Part shown: positions 28,963 to 38,917 of the stretch, piece after piece
Layout of the letters: each line of letters starts with the position of its first letter
How positions within the stretch are numbered: the first letter of the stretch is position 1
DNA from: Candidatus Eiseniibacteriota bacterium
Lineage (GTDB): Bacteria > Eisenbacteria > RBG-16-71-46 > CAIMUX01 > VGJL01
Reading direction: 5' to 3'
DNA: 64,000 nucleotides
NCBI GenBank assembly: GCA_963792585.1
Contig: CAWBWI010000003.1
Location: forward strand, 1,268,292 to 1,332,291
Made by a program: the position numbers and the translations under genes
The notes under the pieces: generated by a model
Told to the model about the DNA's origin: nothing
Databases searched by the model: none
What the model saw: only the letters and a program-made list of their open reading frames with translations

Positions 28963-30063
28963 TCAGCCGTTCGCGCGCTGGGGCGCCGCCTGCGCCTTGA
29001 CCTTGTCGCTCTCGGCCAGGCCTGAGACGACCTCGATCTGGATGCCGTCGGAGAGTCCCGTCTGGATCTCGCGGCGTTCAAACCTCTGCGGGGCGGTTTC
29101 GACCTCGACGAACTTCTGGTCCTTCTCGAATTGAAGAAGGCTCTCGTTGATCGCGAGGACGTTGTCCCGCCGGTCGAGCACGATGTCCGCGTTGGCGCTG
29201 TAGTTGGCGCGGATGAGCACGCCCTCCTTGGGCTTGACCGAGGCGCGGATCTCGAACTGAATGGCGCCGTCCTGCTCGACCCCCTTGGGCGCGATCCGCT
29301 CCAGGACGGCCTCGAGCTGGTGGCCCTCGATGGCTCCAATCGTGAGCAGGAGCGTCATACCCGGCCGGAGCTTGCCAACCTCGGATTCATCCACCCGACC
29401 TTGGAAGATCATGTCGCCCATGTCGGCAATGGTGGCGAGTGTCGTGCCGTCGTTGAAGTTGTTTGCCTCGATGACCGAGTGGCCGATCTCGACGGGAACT
29501 TCGAGGACCATTCCGGAGATGGTCGAGCGGACGAGCGTGTTCGAGGCGGCGCCCGCGCTGCGGGTGATGCCCTTCTCGATCAGCTCCAGATTGTCCTGGG
29601 CTCCCTGCAGCTCCGCCCGGGAATCTTCGAAGACGGTCTCGAATTGTTGCAGCGTTGCCTGGGATATGAGGCTGTCGGCGATCAGGGCACGATTGCGGTC
29701 GTAGTCCTTCTTGGCGCTCTGAAACGAGATCTCGGCGCGCGTGACCCTGTTCCTGGCATTGCTGAGCGAGACCATGTCGGGGACCAAGCGGATCCGCGCG
29801 ATCAGGTCGCCTTCCTTGATGATCTGACCGGGCTCGACGGAGATTGCATCGACGATGCCGGACACCCTGGACTTGATCTCCACCTCATGGCGGGGGATGA
29901 CCGATCCGGTCGCGACCGCCTTGCTGATGATGGTCGCGATCTTCGGCGACTCGGTCTGGTAGATCGTCTTCGGCTTCCTGGACTTTGCCCAGAGAAAGTA
30001 GACGGTTCCGCTGAAGAGCACGAGCACGAGGGCACCGATCAGGAAGGGGGCAATTCGCTTCAT
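28963..30063 (-). CDS. Periplasmic adaptor subunit (MacA/HlyD family)
   Basis: N-terminal TM; VEIKSRVSGIV, STISGMVL, VDESEVG and QTGLSDG motifs. Confidence 0.92.
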   Translation of the reverse strand: MKRIAPFLIGALVLVLFSGTVYFLWAKSRKPKTIYQTESPKIATIISKAVATGSVIPRHEVEIKSRVSGIVDAISVEPGQIIKEGDLIARIRLVPDMVSLSNARNRVTRAEISFQSAKKDYDRNRALIADSLISQATLQQFETVFEDSRAELQGAQDNLELIEKGITRSAGAASNTLVRSTISGMVLEVPVEIGHSVIEANNFNDGTTLATIADMGDMIFQGRVDESEVGKLRPGMTLLLTIGAIEGHQLEAVLERIAPKGVEQDGAIQFEIRASVKPKEGVLIRANYSANADIVLDRRDNVLAINESLLQFEKDQKFVEVETAPQRFERREIQTGLSDGIQIEVVSGLAESDKVKAQAAPQRANG

Positions 30064-30109
30064 GTTCTTGAACCCTTGAAGTTGGTGAAAGTGTCCATGA
30101 GTTCCGAGG

Positions 30110-31378
30110 TCATTCGCTTCTCAACGCCATGATAGGGCTGATCTGAAGAGCGCGTTGCGCCGGGGCCAAGCCGGCCAGCAGGCCGGCCGTGACCAGGATG
30201 GCGAGGGCTTGGAGCGCCTGCCCGATGCCCACGTCCGGGTTCGTGAACATGCGGGCCCCGTCGCCGGAGGGGAGCATCCTGCCGACCCCTTCTACGAGGG
30301 CGATGCCGGCCACCATGCCCAGGTATCCCGCGATGGAAGTCAGGATCACGGTCTCGACCACGATCTGGGTGACGATCGCCGAGGGCTTCGCGCCGACAGC
30401 CCGGCGGATGCCGATCTCCTTCGTCCGTTCCTTGATGATGATGAGCATGATGTTGGAGACGCCGATCGCGCCGGCCGCGAGCGTGCCGGCGCCCACCAGC
30501 CAGATGAGAATCCGGATTCCCGCGAAGAGCGCCTGGATCTTTCCATAGTCCTCTTCGAGGTTATAGTGGCCGAATGCGCGGAGATCGTCCGGGGCCACCT
30601 TGTGGCGCTCCTTCAGCAGTGAGAGGACCTTCTCTTCCGCGACCGACGCGCGGACATCCGGTTTCGAGATCACGGCCAGCCAACCGACCTGGTCCCCGAA
30701 ATTGAAGGCGCGCTGGAACGTGGTGAAGGGGACGAAGACGGCCTGCGCGTCGCGATCGCCGTCCTCTCCCGTTTGAGAGCTCTTGAAGATGCCGATGACC
30801 TCGAAGAAGACCCCCTGAATCACGATCGACTTGCCGATCGGATTCTCTGCGGGCTCGAACAGGACCTCACGGACGCGGGTGCCGATGACCGCGACCTTCC
30901 GGTGCTCCGCGAGGTCGAGGGGGTTCAGGAAGCGGCCGGCCTCCAACCCGTACGACTGGATCCTGCGGATTTCCGGATAGTCGCCCATGACGCTGAACGC
31001 TCCGGCCTTGCGGCCGCGGGTGACGTTGTTGCCGCCCATGTATCCGCCGAGTTGATTGCGCGGGGCGACGACTTCCACCTCGGGGACCTTGTCGCGGATG
31101 GCCTGAACATCTGCGTTGGCCAGCTCGAAGGTCCGCCCTGCGGGCATCCCCGCCCACGGCTTCTGCGTGCGCTGGGTCCATATGAAGAAGCTGTTGGCCG
31201 CGCTCCCGGAGAATCCGCGCATGACGCCGTTGCGAAGGCCGGACCCCGAGCCGATCATGACCATCAGGAGGAAGATTCCCCAGAAGACCCCGAACGCGGT
31301 GAGCGCGGTCCGCACGCGGTTGCGCAGCAGGGCCGCCTTGATCTCAGCCCAGTGGTCCAGGTCGAAGATGGGACCCAT
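30110..31378 (-). CDS. MacB/FtsX-family ABC transporter permease
   Basis: NRVRTALTAFGVFWGI, GRFLN, GVSNIM...ERTKEIGIRRAVGA; ends ALRSE. Confidence 0.93.
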   Translation of the reverse strand: MGPIFDLDHWAEIKAALLRNRVRTALTAFGVFWGIFLLMVMIGSGSGLRNGVMRGFSGSAANSFFIWTQRTQKPWAGMPAGRTFELANADVQAIRDKVPEVEVVAPRNQLGGYMGGNNVTRGRKAGAFSVMGDYPEIRRIQSYGLEAGRFLNPLDLAEHRKVAVIGTRVREVLFEPAENPIGKSIVIQGVFFEVIGIFKSSQTGEDGDRDAQAVFVPFTTFQRAFNFGDQVGWLAVISKPDVRASVAEEKVLSLLKERHKVAPDDLRAFGHYNLEEDYGKIQALFAGIRILIWLVGAGTLAAGAIGVSNIMLIIIKERTKEIGIRRAVGAKPSAIVTQIVVETVILTSIAGYLGMVAGIALVEGVGRMLPSGDGARMFTNPDVGIGQALQALAILVTAGLLAGLAPAQRALQISPIMALRSE

Positions 31379-31387
31379 CCGGTCCTC

Positions 31388-32620
31388 CTATTCGTCGCGC
31401 AGGGCTTCGACCGGCCGGACGCCGGCCGCCCGACGCGCGGGGAAGTAGCCCGCGACCGCGCCGGCGAAGATGAGCAGGGCCGTCGCCGAGAGGGCCACGC
31501 CCAGATTCACCGATGGATTGCGGAAGTAGTCGGAGCTCTTGATGCCGCGGGCCATCACTTCCAGAAACGCCACGCCGCCGACCAGCCCGAAATAGCCTGC
31601 CACGGCGGTGACGAGAACCGATTCCTGGAGTACGAGACCCATGATCGACCAGGGCGTCGCTCCCAGAGCCTTGCGGATGCCGATCTCCTTCGTGCGTTCC
31701 TTGACGGCGATCATCATGATGTTGGACACGCCGACCACGCCGGCGAGCAAGGTGCCGACGCCGATCACCCAGATGAACATCCGGATCCCGCCCATGAGAC
31801 TGACGAAGCGCTGGAATTGCTCCACCGCGTTGGAGATGAACACCGCGCGTTGATCGTCAGGATCGAAATCGTGGCGCTCGGCGATGCGCTCACGCAGGTC
31901 CGCGGTGATCGCCTTGCTTTCCTCGAGCCCGGCGTCGCCGATGGTCAGCATGACCATGCCGATGCGATTCGCGCCATTGAAGGCCCTCTGGGCGGTCGAG
32001 ATCGGAAGGTAGATCAGCTCCAATTCGCCTTGGCTGCCCTCGTCGGTGAAGACGCCGACGATGAGAAACGGAATGCCGTTGATCTTGAGGTACTCGCCGA
32101 TCGCCGCGTGACCCTTCAGGAGCTGCGCCTTCACCTTCTCGCCGATCACCGCCACTTTCCGATACTCCGAGATGTCGAGCGGGTTGATGAATCGCCCCTC
32201 GGTCACGATTGTCTTCTCGAGGAACTGGTGATCGGGGTGGACGCAGCGGACGCTGTAACTCGACGTCTCGCCCTTGTAGGCGACCTTCAGGCTGCCCCGG
32301 ATGAAGAAACGGGACGTGATGTGATCGACCTGACGGACGTTCGCCTTGATGTCCTCGTAGTCGCCGTTGGTGAACTGAACGGAGCGGCCGGGACGCAGGC
32401 CTCGATACGGCTGGCTCGTCTGCCCGCTGCGGACCCAGATGCTGTTCAGCGCGTCGTCGCGGAATTGATATTCCACGCCGTGGGAGAGCCCCTGGCCGGA
32501 CCCCAGGAGCACGACGAGGATTAGGATTCCCCAGGCGACGCTGAATGCCGTGAGAAAGGTCCGCAACCTGTTCTTGCGGATCGTCTCCAGGATCTCCTGC
32601 CAGCTGTCGACGTCGAACAT
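31388..32620 (-). CDS. MacB/FtsX-family ABC transporter permease
   Basis: NRLRTFLTAFSVAWGI, GVSNIMM...ERTKEIGIRKALGA; ends PVEALRDE. Confidence 0.93.
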   Translation of the reverse strand: MFDVDSWQEILETIRKNRLRTFLTAFSVAWGILILVVLLGSGQGLSHGVEYQFRDDALNSIWVRSGQTSQPYRGLRPGRSVQFTNGDYEDIKANVRQVDHITSRFFIRGSLKVAYKGETSSYSVRCVHPDHQFLEKTIVTEGRFINPLDISEYRKVAVIGEKVKAQLLKGHAAIGEYLKINGIPFLIVGVFTDEGSQGELELIYLPISTAQRAFNGANRIGMVMLTIGDAGLEESKAITADLRERIAERHDFDPDDQRAVFISNAVEQFQRFVSLMGGIRMFIWVIGVGTLLAGVVGVSNIMMIAVKERTKEIGIRKALGATPWSIMGLVLQESVLVTAVAGYFGLVGGVAFLEVMARGIKSSDYFRNPSVNLGVALSATALLIFAGAVAGYFPARRAAGVRPVEALRDE

Positions 32621-32650
32621 GTCAGCGAATGGCGTGCGGGGGTTTCATGA

Positions 32651-33460
32651 TCATCCCCCGAGGGACGTGTCATGGCGGCCCGGAACTTCCCCCGCTGCGA
32701 CCGCGGCGAGGGGCGCATCGTGACCGATCGGATCGTCCTGTGTTCGGCCGTCGCGTTCGATCAGTCCGTCACGGAGGTGGATCACACGCTTGGTGAGCCG
32801 CGCGACGTCGCGTTCGTGGGTAACGATCAGCATCGTGACGCCGGATCGGTTGATGCCCTGGAGGAGATCCATCAATTCGAGGGATGTCTTGGAATCGAGC
32901 GCGCCCGTCGGTTCGTCGGCCAGGATCACCTTGGGATTGGTGATGAGGGCCCGTGCGACCGCGACGCGTTGCTGCTGGCCTCCGGAGAGCTCGCGCGGGA
33001 GGTGCCCGGCCCAATCGGCCAGCCCGACCCGATCCAGATACTCGACCGCGCGGCGATTTCGATCGCGACGCGGCACCCCCTGGTAATAGAGCGGCATGGC
33101 GACGTTCTCTGCGGCCGTCTTGAACGCGATCAGGTTGAACGATTGGAAGACGAAACCGAGCAGGCGGCTTCGAAGGGCGGCGGATCGTGTCTCCGACAGA
33201 TTCTTGACCAGCTGGCCGTCCAGGTGGTATTCGCCGTCGTCGTAGTTGTCCAGCAATCCGAGGACGTTCAGAAGGGTCGACTTCCCGGAGCCGGACGCGC
33301 CCATGATCGAGACCAGTTCGCCGGCCCCGATGTCCAGGTCGATTCCCTTGAGCACGTGAAGACGGTTGGCGCCTACGACGTAGCTCTTCTCCAGACCTCG
33401 GATACGGAGCATGGGGGACGCCGCCGCGGCGGATCGATGTTCACTCCCGGGTCCAATCAT
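32651..33460 (-). CDS. ABC transporter ATP-binding protein (MacB/LolD type)
   Basis: GASGSGKS, LSGGQQQR, ILADEPTGALD and VTHE motifs; alternative start at 33412. Confidence 0.95.
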   Translation of the reverse strand: MIGPGSEHRSAAAASPMLRIRGLEKSYVVGANRLHVLKGIDLDIGAGELVSIMGASGSGKSTLLNVLGLLDNYDDGEYHLDGQLVKNLSETRSAALRSRLLGFVFQSFNLIAFKTAAENVAMPLYYQGVPRRDRNRRAVEYLDRVGLADWAGHLPRELSGGQQQRVAVARALITNPKVILADEPTGALDSKTSLELMDLLQGINRSGVTMLIVTHERDVARLTKRVIHLRDGLIERDGRTQDDPIGHDAPLAAVAAGEVPGRHDTSLGG

Positions 33461-33577
33461 GGTTCCATTCTACGCATATGGCCGGTGGGTGGTTGTGGGT
33501 TTTCCTCGTCACGTCTCGCACGATCGCCCGGACGTGCCCCGGGACGATCCAATGCTCGGGTCGCGCCTTCGGGGCCC

Positions 33578-34501
33578 CTATCGCATCACGACGACCCGGC
33601 AGGATCGACTCAGCGACGGCGCGCCGAGCCGCAACGCGTAGGCCCCGCTCCCCACCGTGACCCCCATCTCGTTCTTACCGTTCCAGGCGGACGTGTAATA
33701 GCCCGCTTCCTTGGGGCCTGCTTCGAGGGTTCGGACGCGCCGTCCCGATGCGTCGAAGACGGCCAAGTCGATCGTGGCCGGCCGCGCGAGCTGATAGCGG
33801 ACCGTCGCGACATCCCGAACGGGATTCGGGTAGCACGGGTAGAGCCGCGTGGCCGTGGGAAGAAGCTCCGTCTCGTCCTCCACCGTCGCCGGGTTTTCCG
33901 CGATGTTCATGTCGAAGACGCCGTGGAGGGCTCCGTTCCCATCCTGGGTGAGCGGGATGATCCGCCCCGCCGCTGCGGGGTCCGATGCGAAGGGATCGTC
34001 CGGAATGCGCGGGTCGCCTTCGAAATAGAGCTGCGTCACGAGGGGCGAACCCTTCGGGGGAACGATCCGCAAGTGGATGTGCCTGCACCGTCCGGGATAG
34101 TAACCGGGCAAGACGGTTTCGTATCCATACTCGCCGTCCGCCCCGGTGATCATCTGGCCGCGGAGATTGAAGGGATCCTCGTCTCCGCACTGCTGGACGA
34201 CGCTGTAGCAGCCTGCATCCGACGCCTGCCAGACGTCGACGATGGTCCCTTCGAGTTCGGTTGCGCAGTCGGTCGCGAAGACGCGCCCGTCGATGAAGAG
34301 CCTCGTTCCAGGTTCATCGGGCGACGCCAGGACGGTTCGAAACGGCGCGTTGCGAATCCAATAGGGCCCGAGCGTGTCGGGTGTCGTGAGATCGCATGCT
34401 TCGGCGATCCGTTGGAGCCCCAGGGCGGAGGCGGACGCAAGGAGGGACGTGCCCAGGAATCTCCGCCGGGACCAGGGGGACGACTGGTTGCCAATCTGCA
34501 T
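33578..34501 (-). CDS. Intradiol ring-cleavage dioxygenase-like protein with Tat signal and FlgD-Ig/T9SS-like CTD
   Basis: SRRRFL Tat motif; GPYW, VDVWQ..AGCYS, LRG and PGYYPGRCRHIH motifs; C-terminal YPNP...WNGKNEMG..VGSGAY. Confidence 0.85.
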   Translation of the reverse strand: MQIGNQSSPWSRRRFLGTSLLASASALGLQRIAEACDLTTPDTLGPYWIRNAPFRTVLASPDEPGTRLFIDGRVFATDCATELEGTIVDVWQASDAGCYSVVQQCGDEDPFNLRGQMITGADGEYGYETVLPGYYPGRCRHIHLRIVPPKGSPLVTQLYFEGDPRIPDDPFASDPAAAGRIIPLTQDGNGALHGVFDMNIAENPATVEDETELLPTATRLYPCYPNPVRDVATVRYQLARPATIDLAVFDASGRRVRTLEAGPKEAGYYTSAWNGKNEMGVTVGSGAYALRLGAPSLSRSCRVVVMR

Positions 34502-34675
34502 GATTCGGAACCTCCGTTTGCTCCATCCGTGGTTTCAAGGCGACCCACGAGGTTAGACCATCAGCGGCTCCGCCGTGCCAAATGATCGATTTCACGAGAT
34601 GTCTCTCCGGGAGTTGAATTCGGGCTCGCGCAGCCATCCGTTCCACGCGGTGACGTGATGCCGATTCCGCCGCCG

Positions 34676-35683
34676 CTACGGGGTGCAAACCTCCGCCTGC
34701 CCGAGCCGCGCATCCATCCGCATCTGTCGCCAGATGAAGGCGCAGGCGGGCGGGAATGCGAGGATCTGGAGGGCCCTGCAGGCGGCAGGCTTGATGGGGG
34801 AGGGGTTCATCACCAACCCGCTCTGGAGGGCCGTGCGCGCAATCCATCGGGCGACCGGCATCCCGCGCAGAACGGAGTCCTTCAACCGGAATGGTGACCC
34901 CCGGAGGAGGACGAGTTCGATCGTCTCGCCGAGCTCGCGCACGAATGCGGAGAGTGTGGCGTGATCGGGGACCGCCTGGGAGACCCCCTTGCGGAGGTTC
35001 GAGAGGAATTCGGCCGGCGTTCCCCCCGGCGCCATCGAGTGGGCCCTGCCGACGTTCCCCGTATGGGAGTCGGAGGTCGCCACGACCTGCTTCCCCATAC
35101 GCCGTGCCAGAGCGAGGGTTCGCGCATTCAGCCGCGGAATTCGCCCCGCGTTGATCTCGATCAGGGGGAATTCCGGGATGAGGCTCTCCACCGCGCTACG
35201 GCTCCCTCGCTCGCCCACTTTGAACCAGAACGGGTGGTTGTATGCATGGTAGAGGTCCTCTCCTCGGCAGAAATCGAGAAACGTCCGAATCGACTTCCGT
35301 CGCCGGGCGAGTTCGAGCATCTGAGCTTGATCGAGCCCGAGGACATTGGTGTGGACCGTATGGCCGATCGAAGCATCCCGGATGGTGAATTCGATACCGG
35401 AGATGAGGGGGATTGGGGGCTCGTTGCCATAGTCCGCGAGGAGTTCGCGATCCAGTGCCTGGATGCCGCGTATCGTGTCGTGATCGGTGAGCGTGAAGAA
35501 TCCCATTCCCCGACGCACCGCCTTGTCGTAAAGGGCGCGGGGCGAGAGAGCGGGGATATTGAGAACGTCGTACGAGAAGTTGGAATGCAGGTGCAGGTCC
35601 GCTTTCTTGTAGGTCAGACTCGGGTCATACGCACTTCCCGGGATCCATGCGCCCGGGGCCGAGCCGGCGAGAGCGTCGGGCAT
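34676..35683 (-). CDS. PHP-domain metal-dependent phosphoesterase
   Basis: ADLHLHS, LTDHD, GIE, NHP and TSDSH metal motifs; GAGGAG RBS. Confidence 0.85.
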   Translation of the reverse strand: MPDALAGSAPGAWIPGSAYDPSLTYKKADLHLHSNFSYDVLNIPALSPRALYDKAVRRGMGFFTLTDHDTIRGIQALDRELLADYGNEPPIPLISGIEFTIRDASIGHTVHTNVLGLDQAQMLELARRRKSIRTFLDFCRGEDLYHAYNHPFWFKVGERGSRSAVESLIPEFPLIEINAGRIPRLNARTLALARRMGKQVVATSDSHTGNVGRAHSMAPGGTPAEFLSNLRKGVSQAVPDHATLSAFVRELGETIELVLLRGSPFRLKDSVLRGMPVARWIARTALQSGLVMNPSPIKPAACRALQILAFPPACAFIWRQMRMDARLGQAEVCTP

Positions 35684-35925
35684 GACCTCTCCTCTCGGTC
35701 TGTCCGCACAATCGAAGCACATCGGCGGCCGGATTTGGGAATCGCCGGCCCCGCGCGGGTGCGCTCGACGGCGACCATCCCTTACCAATTTAGACTATGG
35801 AGAGCTTTCCATGGCGTCCGTATCCGGCCCAGCGGTCGACGCGACGCTCGGTCTCCGAATCGATGGAACCAGTAAGACATGCAATTACTTATAGTTACAC
35901 GGTCACGCACGACCTCCCGCCGTGC

Positions 35926-37140
35926 TCAGAAGATCTCCGGGCACCAGGGCGCCCGATCGCGGGGGAAGAGCGCATCGGCGCGCGCCAGGCTCCCTGCGCG
36001 CAACTCCTCGACCCGGCCCGCGCGCGCGAGCTGAGTGAAACCGAAGCCGCCGAGATAGACCGAGCCGAGCGCGTTCACATCGAGCGCGAGGTCGGCGGAG
36101 GCGGTCGTGCGCGCCACCCCGCCCTCGCCGATGCGATACCGCCCTTCGTTCCAGGGACAGAATGGGTCGGCGAGTTCGATGACGACCGCGTCCCCCGGAC
36201 CGATCGTCAGCGCCGCGAGCGCGGTCTGCACGTCGACGAGACGGACCCAGAGGCCGTCGGCCACGCGGAAGCCCATCGCGCGCGGGCGCGCGAGGAGGAA
36301 GAAGAGCGGGTGGTCCATGGGCAGAAGCTCGGCTTTCACGTGCGCGATCCAGTCGATGTCGAGCAGCATGCGCCAGATCTCCCGGGTCGCATCGAGGCTC
36401 GTGCCGATCGCCTCGATCACGTTGACATGCCCCTTCGATACCCCGAGCTCCAGGTTCTGGTGCATGCGGTAGAGCGCATAGGCTTCGGGTTCGCCGTCGA
36501 GCGAAAGGAGCACGCGATTCAAGACCCCCCCACCTGCCCGACGGTTCTCGGGATCGGCGAGCCGCCGCAGTCGCCACCAATCCTCGGAGCGGGCGAGCAT
36601 GCCCGGATACTTGCGCCGGACGCGCTCGTAAATCCGGGAGAAGGGTTCGTAGGCGGCGTCCTCATCCACCATCCGGATCTGGGCACGTGACTTGAACGGC
36701 TGCGCAAAGGAGTTCATGGCTTTGGGAAGGTCGATCGCCCCGCACAGCGACGCCATTCCGTACCCGAACCGGCCGTAGATCGATTCCTCCGATGCCCAGA
36801 GGTAGGCCACCGGTTCCCCGTTGCCGTGGATGTCATCCAACTGCGCGCGCATCATGGAGGTCAGGACTCCTCGGCGCCGATGGGTCGGCCTGACGCCCAC
36901 CACCGTGACGCCGGCGGCGCGCACGGTGCCTCCCGGCACGGTCAATTCCAGGGGAAACGCCCCGGCCCCGCCGACGGTCGCTCCATCCTCCCTTGCCGCG
37001 TGCATTCGCTCGACGCCGATCGTGCGAGTCCAGCGGTCCGCGTCCTGCGCGCCCGGCCGCATCCCGAAGTAGTGGAAGATCGGCGCGAGCGCATCGATCA
37101 TCTCTTCCACGGATGAACAACGCTCTACGGTGACGGACAT
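35926..37140 (-). CDS. Eis-like GNAT acetyltransferase with C-terminal SCP2-like domain
   Basis: VGVRPTHRRRG, LWASEESIYGRFGYG, WVRLVDV, DPFCPWNEG and LGSVYLGG motifs; GGAGG RBS. Confidence 0.92.
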   Translation of the reverse strand: MSVTVERCSSVEEMIDALAPIFHYFGMRPGAQDADRWTRTIGVERMHAAREDGATVGGAGAFPLELTVPGGTVRAAGVTVVGVRPTHRRRGVLTSMMRAQLDDIHGNGEPVAYLWASEESIYGRFGYGMASLCGAIDLPKAMNSFAQPFKSRAQIRMVDEDAAYEPFSRIYERVRRKYPGMLARSEDWWRLRRLADPENRRAGGGVLNRVLLSLDGEPEAYALYRMHQNLELGVSKGHVNVIEAIGTSLDATREIWRMLLDIDWIAHVKAELLPMDHPLFFLLARPRAMGFRVADGLWVRLVDVQTALAALTIGPGDAVVIELADPFCPWNEGRYRIGEGGVARTTASADLALDVNALGSVYLGGFGFTQLARAGRVEELRAGSLARADALFPRDRAPWCPEIF

Positions 37141-37351
37141 CTTCGTTTCCTCCGCCGCGTTTCTTGTGTCGGCCATCGGACGGCGCAATCCCTCCAAAGG
37201 GACGCCCCCCAGATCAGACTCTCTGCGGATTCAATGGGGATCTTAGGGCAAGAATGGCGTGAGCGGCCACGATCCGTTCCCGGCGCCGCCCGAGGGGCGC
37301 CGATCGCCGGATCGCGATGGGGGAGCCCCTTCGCTGGGGGTATGCCGGTGT

Positions 37352-38542
37352 CTAGAACGAGTGCATCGCGTAACGGTCGTACTCGTCGCCGTCCGGGTCC
37401 ATCGTGTTGCCTTCCGCGTCGACCCCGTGAAACTGAAAGACCCAGTGGGAAGGATCCATGACGCCGGTGCCGTCGGCATTCTGCGTGACCGTGAAGGAAA
37501 CCGTAGCCCGCCTGGTCAGCGGATCGTATCGAACGCTCATGGGCAATGGGGAAATCGATACCTCATCGCCCGGATGGAAATTCATGCCGTTATTGTAGAA
37601 ACCGCCACGGCCGCCGTCCGCCCGGGAGATCCACCAGTTGGACGTCCTCTGGATCGAGGAGATGTCCATGTCGGTGTTGAACTGGAAGACCATCTGGAAG
37701 GTCATGGACGCCCCCGGCTCGGCCAGCGAGGCGTCGAGTGTCTCGAGCGGTGTTCCCGGGCCATACCGGGCCGGAAACGTGCCCCGGACGATGTCGTCGT
37801 AGAGGATCTTCGGCTTGAACATCGCCTTCTCGATCTCCTCGGCGAGCACGTTGCCCTCTTCCGTGTTCAGATCGTAGAGGGCGGCGACCTGCGCGAGCGC
37901 GAGGTCCTTGTCTCCCATCGCCAGGTAGGAGTGGGCCAGGTCGGCGCGGGCCACCGCATAGTCGCGTCGCAGGTCGAGGGCCTTCGTGAACTGGGCGGCG
38001 GCCTCCTCGTAGCGCTCTTGCTTGTTGTAGACGAGGCCGAGACTGTAATGAGCGGCGGCGTCGTTGGGAACGATGCGGACCGCTTTGGCGAACTGCATCT
38101 CGGCGTCGGCCAAGCGTCCGGTATTCATGTAGACGTACCCGAGCGATGCGACCGCTCCCGGCGAGGTCGGGTTCGCCTTGATCATGTTGATGAAGATCGT
38201 CTCCGCTACGGCGTATCGCTCGTTCTTCATCGCAAAGTCCGCGAACTCCTTGCGCAAGTCGACGGAGGTCGGGTCGAGCCGGAGCGCCCGCTGGTACGCC
38301 GCGATCGCCTCATCGGTTCGCCCGAGCAATCCATAGGTGCGGGCGACGTACATCTGGGCCTCGGTCAGGTCGGGCTTGTAGGCGACGGCCTGCTTGAAGC
38401 TCACGAGCGCCGCTTCGTAGTTCCCTTTCTGAATGTTGGCGGCGCCGCGGTCGAGGGCGGAGGTGGCAACGGAGCCCCGCAGGGACTGGATGTTCAGCAG
38501 GGTCGAGTACAGGGTGTCGACCGACTTGTTCGACCAGTCCAT
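37352..38542 (-). CDS. TPR protein with C-terminal beta-rich domain
   Basis: About 6 TPRs (YKPD, LDPT, ANPT, IVPN), then an aromatic, beta-rich C-terminal domain. Confidence 0.8.
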   Translation of the reverse strand: MDWSNKSVDTLYSTLLNIQSLRGSVATSALDRGAANIQKGNYEAALVSFKQAVAYKPDLTEAQMYVARTYGLLGRTDEAIAAYQRALRLDPTSVDLRKEFADFAMKNERYAVAETIFINMIKANPTSPGAVASLGYVYMNTGRLADAEMQFAKAVRIVPNDAAAHYSLGLVYNKQERYEEAAAQFTKALDLRRDYAVARADLAHSYLAMGDKDLALAQVAALYDLNTEEGNVLAEEIEKAMFKPKILYDDIVRGTFPARYGPGTPLETLDASLAEPGASMTFQMVFQFNTDMDISSIQRTSNWWISRADGGRGGFYNNGMNFHPGDEVSISPLPMSVRYDPLTRRATVSFTVTQNADGTGVMDPSHWVFQFHGVDAEGNTMDPDGDEYDRYAMHSF

Positions 38543-38639
38543 CCGTGGATCCTCCGTTCCGTGCGTACCCGATCGCGATGCCGGGGAAGCTCCGCCCCGT
38601 CTGCACCCGGTGCAGGCGGCGCGCTCCGGGTCTCTCAAA

Positions 38640-38666
38640 GTGTCGGAGCGAGGGGCGATAACTTGA
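38640..38666 (-). promoter_or_regulatory. Putative sigma28 (FliA) promoter
   Basis: Minus strand TCAAGTTA-N11-TCCGACAC versus consensus TAAAGTTT-N11-GCCGATAA, about 100 nt upstream of the TPR gene. Confidence 0.5.
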
Positions 38667-38917
38667 GACGGGCCTCGGCCTTCGACGGAACTGCCTGGCG
38701 CAGGGCAGTGAGTGGAGCCCGTTGCGCCACTCTCCACAATATATTGAAATATAATAGGTTACGACATAAGAGCCGTCAGGGGGGTCCTCCATCTGCGTGC
38801 CCGATTCGGAAGGACCCCTCACATTCGTCGCCGTGACTGCCTATGGTGGCCCTTTCCGGATCCCAGCGCCGATAATCGGCTAGGCGCGCAATGGCAGGAG
38901 CGGGGAGGTCAAACCGG

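Noticed and set aside
38868..38880. GCCGATAA, a perfect sigma28 -10, on the plus strand before the DUF4395 gene
   Set aside because: No matching -35 element at the right spacing; it is part of a short palindrome, GCCGATAATCGGC.
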